DNA of 18,661 nucleotides from a virus (Duplodnaviria; Heunggongvirae; Uroviricota; Caudoviricetes): IMG/VR virus record IMGVR_UViG_2541047899_000006, positions 1 to 18,661 of that record; one strand, 5' to 3'. Shown piece by piece: positions 1 to 8,304 of this stretch (position 1 is its first letter; each line of letters starts with the position of its first letter). The notes under the pieces were generated by a model. It saw only the letters and a program-made list of their open reading frames with translations, ran no database searches and was not told where the DNA came from. The position numbers and the translations under genes were made by a program.

Positions 1-207
1 GACATGAAATCCCGCTTTGAAGCGTATGCCACGGGGATCAACTGGGGGATTTATTCCCCTAATGACTGCCGTGATCTGGAAGATATGAATCCCCGACCGG
101 GCGGTGATGTGTATCTGACACCGATGAACATGACCACCAGTCCCTCTGCTGGCGATGACAACGGTAAGAAAAAGGAGAGTGGAGATGCAGACAAAACAGC
201 GTCTTGA
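1..207 (+). CDS. Portal protein, C-terminal fragment (5' end lies outside the window)
   Basis: Frame 1 is open from the window edge to the stop at 205-207. It sits immediately upstream of an HK97-type prohead protease and capsid gene, the canonical portal-protease-capsid order. The acidic, Gly/Lys-rich tail is typical of portal C-termini. Assignment is positional, not motif-based. Confidence 0.55.
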   Translation, partial: DMKSRFEAYATGINWGIYSPNDCRDLEDMNPRPGGDVYLTPMNMTTSPSAGDDNGKKKESGDADKTAS

Positions 208-835
208 TATACCGCTGAACCTGAAATCCGTCAGTGATTCCGGGGAATTTGAAGGTTACGGTTCTGTTTTTGGTGTTAAGGACAGCCACGATGATGTGGT
301 GGTCCCCGGAGCCTTTACCACAACACTCCAGAAATGGAGCGAAAAAAAGGCGCTGCCTGCGTTGCTCTGGCAGCACCGCATGGATGAGCCCATCGGTGTG
401 TACACCGAAATGAAAGAAGATGATGTCGGGCTTTATGTCAGGGGACGATTACTCATTGATGATGATCCCCTGGCAAAACGTGCACATGCCCATATGAAGG
501 CCGGTTCTTTAACCGGCCTTTCTATTGGCTACATCCTGAAAGACTGGGAGTACGACCGGGAAAAAGGGGTATTCCTGCTGAAAGAGATCGACCTGTGGGA
601 GGTCAGTCTGGTGACGTTTCCTTCCAATGATGAAGCACGCATCAGCGATGTGAAAAATGCGCTGGCGCGTGGGGAGATCCCTGATCAGAAAATTATTGAG
701 CGGGTCCTGCGCGATGTTGGACTCTCGCGAACCCAGGCCAAAGCATTCATGGCCGGGGGATATGGCGCTTTATCCCTGCGTGATGCTGAGGATGTGGATG
801 CCGCACTGAATGCACTGAAAAATCTTAAATTTTAA
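185..835 (+). CDS. Prohead maturation protease, HK97 gp4 (S78/U35) family
   Basis: The ORF track starts at 155, but the ATG at 185 is preceded by AAGGAGAG (172-179) at good spacing. The translation contains the characteristic GYGSVFGVKDSHDDVVVPGAF block of HK97-family prohead proteases. It lies directly upstream of the major capsid gene. Confidence 0.85.
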   Translation: MQTKQRLDIPLNLKSVSDSGEFEGYGSVFGVKDSHDDVVVPGAFTTTLQKWSEKKALPALLWQHRMDEPIGVYTEMKEDDVGLYVRGRLLIDDDPLAKRAHAHMKAGSLTGLSIGYILKDWEYDREKGVFLLKEIDLWEVSLVTFPSNDEARISDVKNALARGEIPDQKIIERVLRDVGLSRTQAKAFMAGGYGALSLRDAEDVDAALNALKNLKF

Positions 836-849
836 CCAGGAGAAAAATA

Positions 850-2073
850 ATGGCTGATGTTAAAGATGTGGAACAGGTCGCGCAGGAGTTGCAGCGGAAG
901 TTTGACGATTTTAAGGAAAAAAACGACAAACGCATTGATGCGATCGAGCAGGAAAAGGGAAAACTTGCTGGTGAAGTGGAAACCCTCAACGGAAAACTGA
1001 CTGAACTGGAAAACCTGAAAAGCGATCTTGAGGCTGAGCTGGCTGAAGTTAAGCGTCCGGCAGGCGGCACGCAAAATAAAGTTGCCGGTGAACACAAAGA
1101 AGCGTTTATCGGATTTATGCGCAAGGGGCGTGAAGACGGTCTGCGTGAACTTGAACGTAAGGCGCTTCAGGTAGGTAATGATGAAGATGGTGGTTATGCC
1201 ATTCCGGAAGAACTGGATCGTACCATCCTGACGCTGCTGAAAGATGAGGTGGTGATGCGCCAGGAAGCCACTGTGATCACCCTCGGTGGCTCGGATTATA
1301 AAAAACTGGTGAATCTGGGCGGCACAACGTCCGGATGGGTGGGGGAAACGGATGCTCGTCCGGAAACCGCCACCTCAAAACTGGGTCTGATTGAACCCTT
1401 TATGGGGGAAATCTACGGCAACCCGCAGGCCACCCAGAAAATGCTCGATGATGCTTTCTTCAATGTGGAAGACTGGATCAACAGTGAGCTGGCGCTGGAA
1501 TTTGCCGAACAGGAAGAAATTGCCTTTACCAGTGGCGACGGCAGCAAAAAACCAAAAGGTTTTCTGGCTTACGAGTCCACCGATGAAGATGACAAGACCC
1601 GTGCGTTTGGCAAACTTCAGCACATTGCTTCCGGTGCGGCTTCCGGCGTGACTGCCGATGCGATCATTAAACTGATTTACACCCTGCGCAAGGCGCACCG
1701 CAGCGGCGCGAAGTTTATGATGAACAACAGCAGCCTGTTTGCCATTCGTCTGCTGAAGGATAACGACGGAAATTATCTGTGGCGTCCGGGTATTGAGCTG
1801 GGTCAGCCTTCTTCTCTGGCAGGGTATGGCATCGTTGAGAATGAACAGATGCCGGATATTGCTGCCGATGCAAAAGCCATTGCGTTTGGTAACTTCAAAC
1901 GTGGCTATACCATCGTTGATCGCATCGGTACCCGTATCCTGCGCGATCCGTACACCAATAAACCGTTTGTGGGTTTTTATACCACCAAGCGAACCGGCGG
2001 TATGCTGGTGGATTCTCAGGCGATTAAGCTGATGAAAATTGGGGCTGCAACCCGCCAGAAAGCCGCTGCGTAA
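850..2073 (+). CDS. Major capsid protein, HK97 fold, with N-terminal coiled-coil delta (scaffold) domain
   Basis: 407 aa. The first ~100 residues are charged and heptad-rich (EQVAQELQRKFDDFKEKNDKRIDAIEQEKGKLAGEVETLNGKLTELENLKSDLEAELAEVK), typical of a delta domain removed by the prohead protease. A RBS AGGAG precedes the ATG at 850. Position is immediately after the protease. Confidence 0.85.
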   Translation: MADVKDVEQVAQELQRKFDDFKEKNDKRIDAIEQEKGKLAGEVETLNGKLTELENLKSDLEAELAEVKRPAGGTQNKVAGEHKEAFIGFMRKGREDGLRELERKALQVGNDEDGGYAIPEELDRTILTLLKDEVVMRQEATVITLGGSDYKKLVNLGGTTSGWVGETDARPETATSKLGLIEPFMGEIYGNPQATQKMLDDAFFNVEDWINSELALEFAEQEEIAFTSGDGSKKPKGFLAYESTDEDDKTRAFGKLQHIASGAASGVTADAIIKLIYTLRKAHRSGAKFMMNNSSLFAIRLLKDNDGNYLWRPGIELGQPSSLAGYGIVENEQMPDIAADAKAIAFGNFKRGYTIVDRIGTRILRDPYTNKPFVGFYTTKRTGGMLVDSQAIKLMKIGAATRQKAAA

Positions 2074-2108
2074 TGCGGTTTTTTTTGTGCCCGCGTAATT
2101 GCGGGCAC
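2061..2108 (+). terminator. Two adjacent stem-loops flanking a T8 run downstream of the capsid gene (putative partial terminator or attenuator)
   Basis: Hairpin 1: 2061-2066 agccgc pairs with 2075-2080 gcgguu, running into a T8 run (2079-2086). Hairpin 2: 2087-2094 gtgcccgc, loop gtaatt, 2101-2108 gcgggcac, a perfect 8-bp GC-rich stem. It is followed directly by the RBS AGGAGG (2109-2114) of the next gene. Function is inferred. Confidence 0.35.
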
Positions 2109-2119
2109 AGGAGGAAAAT

Positions 2120-2443
2120 ATGCTCCTGAAAGAAGAGGAAATTAAATCTCACCTCCGGCTCGATGATGGTTTGTACAGTGACGGCGATTTTCTGAAACTG
2201 CTGGCACAGGCGGTACAGAAAAGAACAGAGACATACCTGAACAGGAAGTTGTATGCACCGGAAGAGACGATTCCGGAAGACGATCCTGACGGGATGCATC
2301 TGACTGATGATGTTCGTCTGGCAATGCTGATGCTGGTCAGTCATTTTTATGAAAATCGCTCAACGATCACCGATGTGGAGAAGCTGGAAACGCCAATGAG
2401 TTTCAGATGGCTTGCTGGCCCTTACAGGATTGTCCCGCTATGA
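2120..2443 (+). CDS. Head-tail connector protein, gp6-like family
   Basis: RBS AGGAGG at 2109-2114, ATG at 2120 (the ORF-track start at 2099 has no RBS). The N-terminus EIKSHLRLDD...YLNRKL and the later LAMLMLVSHFYENRS block match the pattern of gp6-like connector proteins. Small size and position after the capsid gene fit. Confidence 0.8.
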   Translation: MLLKEEEIKSHLRLDDGLYSDGDFLKLLAQAVQKRTETYLNRKLYAPEETIPEDDPDGMHLTDDVRLAMLMLVSHFYENRSTITDVEKLETPMSFRWLAGPYRIVPL

Positions 2444-2856
2444 AAATCAGGCAAAGTCAGACCAGTGCCACTTACCTTTTACCGGATCCCGGAGAGCTGA
2501 ATCGCCGGATAAAGATCCGCCTTCGGGTGGATGAACCCACCGCTGATTTTGGTACGGAGCCGACATATACGGAGTCGTTTGATGTCTGGGCAAAGGTGGC
2601 TCAGCCAGGCGCTGCCGCTTATCAGGGCTCAGTGCAGACAGAAAATATCGTTACGCATTATTTTACGATCCGTTTCCGTCACGACATCACGGCAGATCAT
2701 GAGGTGGTTTATTACGGTCAGGAGTACCGGATCCGGCGAATACGCGACCTGAACGGTCAGCGGCGTTTTTTATTGCTGGAATGTGAAGAACTGCGTACAG
2801 CGCGACGACGGGGTGAATGCCATGAATCAGACAGCATTTTTACACGTCGACTTTAA
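2440..2856 (+). CDS. Head closure / head-tail adaptor protein
   Basis: ATG at 2440 overlaps the upstream stop (ATGA). The block FDVWAKV...THYFTIRFRHDIT...YRIRRIRDLNGQRRFLLLECEE is typical of head-tail joining (head closure) proteins. The C-terminal ~11 codons overlap the next gene, so the exact stop/start pairing is uncertain. Confidence 0.7.
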   Translation: MKIRQSQTSATYLLPDPGELNRRIKIRLRVDEPTADFGTEPTYTESFDVWAKVAQPGAAAYQGSVQTENIVTHYFTIRFRHDITADHEVVYYGQEYRIRRIRDLNGQRRFLLLECEELRTARRRGECHESDSIFTRRL

Positions 2857-3346
2857 ACAACCAAAGGAGCTGGAGTTTAATCGCGCCCGTCTGCGTCGGG
2901 CATTTGTGCAGATCGGGCGCGTTTACATGCGTGACGCCAGACGTCTGGTGATTAAACGCGGGCGTTCTGGCCCGGGAGAGAACCCGGGGTATCAGACCGG
3001 GCGTCTGGCCCGCTCCATCGGTTATTACGTTCCCAAAAAAACGACGCGTCGCCCCGGACTGATGGTGAAAATTTCTCCTAACCAGAAAAACGGGCAGGGG
3101 AATCGCCGTTTCCCTGAAGGCGCACCCTATTATCCGGCATTTCTGTATTACGGCGTTCGCCATTCAGCTTATGGAATGGATAAAAAGGATAAGCGGCAGA
3201 AGAAGCACCATTCTTCGGCTTTCCGGCTGGCCCCGCGTAATAACTTTATGGCTGACGTTATTGAGCGGCGGCGTCACTGGACGCAGGAACTGTTGTCCCG
3301 TGAGTTGCAGCGTTCGTTACGTCCGGTAAAAAGGAAGCATAAATGA
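2822..3346 (+). CDS. Neck / tail-completion protein, HK97 gp10-like (basic virion morphogenesis protein)
   Basis: The ORF-track start at 2783 is GTG; the first ATG is at 2822. The protein is very basic, with a TGRLARSIGYY block reminiscent of HK97 gp10-family proteins. It sits between the head-closure gene and the tail genes. Start is uncertain. Confidence 0.5.
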   Translation: MNQTAFLHVDFKQPKELEFNRARLRRAFVQIGRVYMRDARRLVIKRGRSGPGENPGYQTGRLARSIGYYVPKKTTRRPGLMVKISPNQKNGQGNRRFPEGAPYYPAFLYYGVRHSAYGMDKKDKRQKKHHSSAFRLAPRNNFMADVIERRRHWTQELLSRELQRSLRPVKRKHK

Positions 3347-3906
3347 AACTGACAACAATAATTGCGGCGTTGCGTGAGCGATGCCCGCGTTTTGAGAATC
3401 GTGTTGGTGGTGCGGCGCAGTTTAAGGCGATCCCTGATGCCGGAAAACTGCGTCTGCCTGCTGCCTATGTTGTCCCCTCTGACGATGCGCCGGGGGAACA
3501 AAAATCACAGACCGATTACTGGCAGGATTTGACAGAAGGCTTCTCCGTTATTGTTGTGCTCAGCAATGAGCGTGATGAAAAAGGGCAGTGGGCAGCCTAT
3601 GACGCCGTTCATGATGTCCGGAGAGAACTCTGGAAAGCCCTGCTTGGGTGGATGCCGGACCCGCAGGGGGGCGAGATTGTTTATGCCGGTGGCACCCTGC
3701 TGGATTTGAACCGTTACGAACTGTATTACCAGTTTGATTTTACGGCGAAGCATGAAATCACGGAAGAAGACACGCGACAGGCAGAGGACGTGAATGCTCT
3801 GCCGGATTTATCCCTGCTGAGTATTGATGTGGATTACATCGATCCTGGTACTGGCCCGGATGGTGACTTTGAGCACCATCTGGAAATGCGTTTCCCTCAG
3901 AAATAA
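3343..3906 (+). CDS. Putative tail terminator / tail completion protein (virion structural protein)
   Basis: RBS AGGAAG at 3332-3337, ATG at 3343 overlapping the upstream stop (ATGA). 187 aa, acidic, located just upstream of the sheath gene where sheath or tube terminator proteins are normally encoded. No diagnostic motif recognised. Confidence 0.45.
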   Translation: MKLTTIIAALRERCPRFENRVGGAAQFKAIPDAGKLRLPAAYVVPSDDAPGEQKSQTDYWQDLTEGFSVIVVLSNERDEKGQWAAYDAVHDVRRELWKALLGWMPDPQGGEIVYAGGTLLDLNRYELYYQFDFTAKHEITEEDTRQAEDVNALPDLSLLSIDVDYIDPGTGPDGDFEHHLEMRFPQK

Positions 3907-3915
3907 GAGTCCCTC

Positions 3916-4077
3916 ATGTTTGTGAAACCCCTGAAAGGGCGGTCGGTTCCTGACCCTGCCCGTGGAGATCTTTTGCCTTCTGACGGGCGAAATGTGGAAG
4001 AAAACAGCTACTGGCTCCGCCGTATAGCGGCGGGTGATGTGGTACGTGTTAAACAGGATAAGGCTAAAGAATCATGA
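3916..4077 (+). CDS. Small conserved phage protein (53 aa), translationally coupled to the tail sheath gene
   Basis: Not in the supplied ORF track (below its length cut-off). ATG at 3916, stop TGA at 4075-4077 overlapping the sheath ATG at 4074 (ATGA). Translation: MFVKPLKGRSVPDPARGDLLPSDGRNVEENSYWLRRIAAGDVVRVKQDKAKES. It resembles small proteins I recall upstream of sheath genes in Mu-like tail modules (possibly the DUF2635 family; unverified). Confidence 0.5.
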   Translation: MFVKPLKGRSVPDPARGDLLPSDGRNVEENSYWLRRIAAGDVVRVKQDKAKES

Positions 4078-5570
4078 CAATAAGTTTTAGTGCTGTTCCG
4101 TCGAATACGCTGGTGCCGTTGTTCTACGCCGAGATGGACAATTCTGCGGCAAATACAGCGGTGACCAGCGCGCCTGCATTACTGATTGGGCATGCCAGCA
4201 ACGATGCCGCCATTGAGGTTAACAGCCTGGTGCTAATGCCGTCGGCAGATTATGCCCGTCAGATTTGTGGGGCCGGGAGCCAGCTGGCGCGTATGGTTGA
4301 CGTCTACCGTCAGACAGATCCTTTCGGTGAACTGTATGTTATTGCAGTACCGGAAGCCAAAGGGGCGGCGGCGACGGTCAGGGTGACAGTTACCGGAGAA
4401 GCAGAGGAAAGCGGCACCCTGAGTCTGTATGTCGGGCGCTCCCGTGTACAGGTGCCTGTGGTGAATGGCGATGATGCTACTGCGGTTGCCACCGCGATTA
4501 AGGAAGCGGTAAACGGGGTTATCACCCTGCCGTTTGCGGCGTCATCTGATGCAGGTGTGGTGACGCTGACTGCCCGCCATAAGGGGCTGTATGGTAACGA
4601 GTTGCCTGTCTGCCTGAATTATTATGGTTCTGGTGGTGGTGAGATTCTGCCTGCGGGGCTTCAGGTTGTGACGGAAGCCGGAACTGCGGGTAGTGGCGCG
4701 CCTGATCTTACTGCCGCTGTTGCTGCTATGGGCGATGAGGCATTCGACTTTATCGGTCTGCCGTTCAACGATGCCGCCTCCATCAATATGATGATGACCG
4801 AAATGAATGACAGCAGCGGTCGCTGGAGTTATGCGCGCCAGTTATACGGGCATGTCTATACCGCAAAACTGGGAACGCTGTCAGAGCTGGTTGATGCCGG
4901 AGATATGCATAATCAGCAACATATCACGCTTGCCGGTTACGAAAAAGAAACCCAGTCGCCTGTCGATGAACTGGTTGCCAGTCGCCTTGCCCGTGAAGCG
5001 GTATTTATCCGCAATGATCCGGCCCGTCCGACACAGACGGGGGAACTGGTGGGGATGCTTCCGGCACCGAAAGGTAAGCGATTCATCATGACAGAGCAGC
5101 AGACCCTTTTATCTCACGGCGTGGCGACGGCTTATGTGGAAGGCGGCACGTTGCGGATCCAGCGTTCCGTAACCACATACAAAAAGAATGCATATGGCGT
5201 GGTAGACAACAGCTATCTGGACAGTGAAACACTGCATACCAGCGCATATGTTCTTCGCAAACTGAAATCGGTCATCACAGGCAAGTACGGACGCCACAAG
5301 CTGGCAAATGATGGTACCCGTTTTGGTCCTGGGCAGGCGATTGTTACTCCTGCCGTTATCAAAGGGGAGCTTCTGGCGACATATCGTCAGATGGAGCGTG
5401 CCGGTATTGTGGAAAATTACGATCTGTTTAAACAGTATCTGATAGTTGAGCGTGATGCGGATAACCCGAACCGACTGAACACGCTGTTCCCGCCGGATTA
5501 TGTTAACCAGTTACGTGTCTTTGCGGTGGTTAACCAGTTCCGTCTCCAGTATTCAGAGGAGTCAGCATAA
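4074..5570 (+). CDS. Contractile tail sheath protein (Mu gpL-like)
   Basis: 498 aa, immediately upstream of a ~118 aa tube protein. The N-terminus MTISFSAVPSNTLVPLFYAEMDNS matches the style of Mu-like sheath N-termini. Size and gene order are typical for a sheath. Confidence 0.8.
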   Translation: MTISFSAVPSNTLVPLFYAEMDNSAANTAVTSAPALLIGHASNDAAIEVNSLVLMPSADYARQICGAGSQLARMVDVYRQTDPFGELYVIAVPEAKGAAATVRVTVTGEAEESGTLSLYVGRSRVQVPVVNGDDATAVATAIKEAVNGVITLPFAASSDAGVVTLTARHKGLYGNELPVCLNYYGSGGGEILPAGLQVVTEAGTAGSGAPDLTAAVAAMGDEAFDFIGLPFNDAASINMMMTEMNDSSGRWSYARQLYGHVYTAKLGTLSELVDAGDMHNQQHITLAGYEKETQSPVDELVASRLAREAVFIRNDPARPTQTGELVGMLPAPKGKRFIMTEQQTLLSHGVATAYVEGGTLRIQRSVTTYKKNAYGVVDNSYLDSETLHTSAYVLRKLKSVITGKYGRHKLANDGTRFGPGQAIVTPAVIKGELLATYRQMERAGIVENYDLFKQYLIVERDADNPNRLNTLFPPDYVNQLRVFAVVNQFRLQYSEESA

Positions 5571-5926
5571 TGGCAAAGATCGCCGGAACCTGTTTTTTTA
5601 AAGTGGATGGTCAGCAGTTATCGCTGACAGGTGGCATTGAAGTGCCGATGAACACCAATGTCCGGGATGATGTCGTCGGCATGGCTGGTGATGTGGATTA
5701 CAAGGAGACCTGGCGGTCACCTTACGTTAAGGGCACGTTTAAAGTGCCCAAAAATTTTCCGGTCGACAAAATTACCGCCTCAGACCAGATGACGATTACT
5801 GCCGAGCTGGCAAACGGCATGGTGTATGTGCTTTCGGCGGCCTGGCTGCATGGCGAAGCAAACCATAATGCCGAAGAAGGTACGGCAGATCTTGAATTCC
5901 ACGGCGAAGAGGGAGGATATCAGTAA
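5570..5926 (+). CDS. Tail tube protein (Mu gpM-like)
   Basis: 118 aa; start overlaps the sheath stop (TAATG), with RBS AGAGGA at 5555-5560. The sheath-tube-chaperone-tape measure order is conserved. Confidence 0.75.
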   Translation: MAKIAGTCFFKVDGQQLSLTGGIEVPMNTNVRDDVVGMAGDVDYKETWRSPYVKGTFKVPKNFPVDKITASDQMTITAELANGMVYVLSAAWLHGEANHNAEEGTADLEFHGEEGGYQ

Positions 5927-6255
5927 TGAGCGTGACAGAAATTGTTTTAAAAAAACCGGTGACAGCGCATAACGAAACGCTGCATGTGCTGGAGTTGCGT
6001 GAACCCACGTATGACGAAATCGAGGCCCTGGGTTTTCCTTTCATTATTTCCGGTGAGGGCAGTATTAAACTGGACAGCCAGGTGGTACTGAAATATATCC
6101 CGCTGCTGGCGGGGATCCCGCGTTCATCGGCGGCGCAGATGGCAAAACTGGATATTTTTAAGACCAGCATGCAGATCCTGCGTTTTTTTACCCAGTCGGA
6201 GACGGGAAGCACCTCCGGAAACGACTCTACAATGTTGCCTGGTTCTGGAAACTGA
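5926..6255 (+). CDS. Tail assembly chaperone, short (in-frame) product
   Basis: 109 aa, RBS GGGAGGA at 5911-5917, TAATG overlap with the tube gene. It lies between the tube and tape measure genes, the conserved position for a frameshifting chaperone pair (lambda G/GT, P2 E/E'). Confidence 0.7.
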   Translation: MSVTEIVLKKPVTAHNETLHVLELREPTYDEIEALGFPFIISGEGSIKLDSQVVLKYIPLLAGIPRSSAAQMAKLDIFKTSMQILRFFTQSETGSTSGNDSTMLPGSGN

Positions 6256-6347
6256 ATCCACTGGAGCTGCGACGGGTGGCTATTTCGCAGTTTACAGAAC
6301 TGGAAGCCGAGGCCGTCCGCATTAACGAGGAGATGAAGCATGGCTGA
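6183..6347 (+). CDS. -1 frameshift extension of the tail assembly chaperone (predicted fusion product 5926-6189 joined to 6189-6347, about 140 aa)
   Basis: Slippery heptamer T TTT TTT at 6183-6189 in the zero frame. The -1 frame is open from 6162 to the stop at 6345-6347 with no start codon of its own apart from an ATG four codons before its stop. It spans the otherwise non-coding gap 6256-6339 and ends just after the tape measure ATG. Predicted extension: YPVGDGKHLRKRLYNVAWFWKLNPLELRRVAISQFTELEAEAVRINEEMKHG. Confidence 0.55.
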   Translation, partial: FFYPVGDGKHLRKRLYNVAWFWKLNPLELRRVAISQFTELEAEAVRINEEMKHG

Positions 6348-8289
6348 CAGTTTTCAGCTGAAGGCGATCATCACTGCCGTGGATAAGGTATCGGCACCGC
6401 TGAAGGGAATGCAGCGCCAGCTGAAAGGTTTTAAAAAGGAGTTTGCCAGCCTGTCACTGGGCGCAGCGGGTGCCGGAACCGCAGTACTGGGGGCGCTGGC
6501 GCTCCCGGTCAAATCTGCCATTGCCCTTGAATCAAAAATGGCGGATGTCCGGAAAGTGGTGGATGGTCTGGATACGCCGGAAGCGTTTAAGGCAATGACG
6601 GAACAGGTGCGCGACCTGTCAACAGAACTGCCCATGTCGGCGGAAGGTATCGCCGAAATCGTGGCGGCGGGTGGTCAGGCTGGCATCGCCCGTGACGAGC
6701 TGATGCAGTTTACTGACGACGCCGTGAAGATGGGGGTGGCCTTTGACACCACGGCGGAAGAATCCGGTCAGATGATGGCACAGTGGCGCACTGCCTTTAA
6801 ACTGACACAGGGAGAGGTGGCAGGACTTGCGGACAAGATTAACTATCTTGGTAATACCGGTCCTGCGAGTGCGAAAAAGATTTCTGATGTTGTGACCCGT
6901 ATTGGCCCTTTAGGCAGTGTTGCGGGTGTGGCCTCCGGAGAGATTGCCGCAATGGGGGCAACCATTGCCGGAATGGGGGTGGAATCAGAAATTGCGGCGA
7001 CGGGGATAAAGAATTTTATGCTGTCGCTGACAGCGGGGAATTCTGCCACCAAATCGCAGAAAAAAGCGCTTCGCCTGTTGCGCATTGACCCGAAAAAGCT
7101 GGCGGCGGATATGCAGAAAGATGCCCGGGGTGCCATGCTGCATGTACTGGATTCTCTGGCGAAAGTGCCGAAAGAAAAACAGGCTGCTGTGCTTAATGCG
7201 CTGTTCGGGAAGGAATCTCTGGGAGCCATTGCGCCGCTGCTCACGAATCTGGATTTGTTGCGAACCAATTTTAATCGTGTGGCGGATGCGCAGCAGTATG
7301 GCGGCTCAATGCAGAAAGAATATGCCGCCCGTGCCGCGACGACGGAAAACCAGTTGTTGCTGCTGCAGAACCAGATCAATGCGATTTCTTCCACGCTGGG
7401 GGAAACCTTCCTGCCTTCAATCAATGAAGGCATAAAAGAGATGAAGCCTTTTCTGGAAGAAGTGCGCACGTTTGTCAGAGAAAATCCTGAGGTCGTAAAA
7501 ACCATCGCGAAAACGGGGCTGGCACTGCTGACATTTGGTGTTGCCATTGGCTCGCTGTCGCGGATGGGAAAAATCCTTAGTGGCGTGATGAATATGACAC
7601 CGGCAAAGGGACTCATTACGTTACTGGTAGCGGGGGCGTATCTCATTATTGACAACTGGGAAACGGTCGGGCCGGTTGTGAAAAAAGTCTGGCAGGAGGT
7701 TGATCAGGTTGTCAGGGCTATGGGGGGATGGGAACAGGCAGTAAAAACAATTGCAACGGTTTCTGCCCTGTATATTGGTGTGAAAGCGGTGGCAGCCATT
7801 CGTGCAGCAACAGTCGCCCAGAATCAATGGACAACGGCGGCAGGAAAAACAGCGCTGAAATTAAAGGGGCTCGGAAAGATCAGCCTCATTGGGGGATTGC
7901 TTGAGCTGGGCATGATGGCGCAGGAGTTTGAAAAAGAACATCCCTGGCTTGTTAAAAATTTTGTGGCTGATGCACTGAACAGTGGATTTGGTCTGAATGA
8001 TAAGTTCGACGAGTGGGGCAAACAGTTCCATGATTTTGTCTATGACATGACCGGATGGCAGATGCCACGTGGTGATGGGTATTTATCTCCCGATAAACGC
8101 TACACCCCGAATGTATCACTGGAAAGGAATCAGCTGTTAAGCCTTTCATCTTCACCGGCAACCCGCAGCGAACTTAAGGTGACGTTTGACAACGCGCCGC
8201 CGGGAATGCGTGTCATCGATTTGCCGAAAACAGGCGATCCCTTTATGAAAATCACCCATGACGTTGGGTATTCACCTTTCAGGCGTTAA
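6340..8289 (+). CDS. Tail tape measure protein
   Basis: 649 aa, RBS GAGGAG at 6327-6332. It has the alanine/glycine-rich helical central region and hydrophobic segments (LALLTFGVAIGSL, LITLLVAGAYLII) typical of tape measure proteins, and sits directly after the chaperone pair. Confidence 0.85.
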   Translation: MADSFQLKAIITAVDKVSAPLKGMQRQLKGFKKEFASLSLGAAGAGTAVLGALALPVKSAIALESKMADVRKVVDGLDTPEAFKAMTEQVRDLSTELPMSAEGIAEIVAAGGQAGIARDELMQFTDDAVKMGVAFDTTAEESGQMMAQWRTAFKLTQGEVAGLADKINYLGNTGPASAKKISDVVTRIGPLGSVAGVASGEIAAMGATIAGMGVESEIAATGIKNFMLSLTAGNSATKSQKKALRLLRIDPKKLAADMQKDARGAMLHVLDSLAKVPKEKQAAVLNALFGKESLGAIAPLLTNLDLLRTNFNRVADAQQYGGSMQKEYAARAATTENQLLLLQNQINAISSTLGETFLPSINEGIKEMKPFLEEVRTFVRENPEVVKTIAKTGLALLTFGVAIGSLSRMGKILSGVMNMTPAKGLITLLVAGAYLIIDNWETVGPVVKKVWQEVDQVVRAMGGWEQAVKTIATVSALYIGVKAVAAIRAATVAQNQWTTAAGKTALKLKGLGKISLIGGLLELGMMAQEFEKEHPWLVKNFVADALNSGFGLNDKFDEWGKQFHDFVYDMTGWQMPRGDGYLSPDKRYTPNVSLERNQLLSLSSSPATRSELKVTFDNAPPGMRVIDLPKTGDPFMKITHDVGYSPFRR

Positions 8290-8304
8290 CAATGGGGTAT
8301 CAGA

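Noticed and set aside
825-1124. Two overlapping minus-strand ORFs antisense to the capsid delta domain
   Set aside because: Low-complexity translations; the + strand capsid gene is strongly supported.
5796-6341. 181-aa minus-strand ORF spanning the tube/chaperone junction
   Set aside because: It overlaps three well-supported + strand features including the frameshift region, and has no motif or RBS support.
6843-7655. 270-aa minus-strand ORF inside the tape measure gene
   Set aside because: Antisense to the Ala/Gly-rich tape measure coding region with a correspondingly skewed composition. The + strand ORF is strongly supported.
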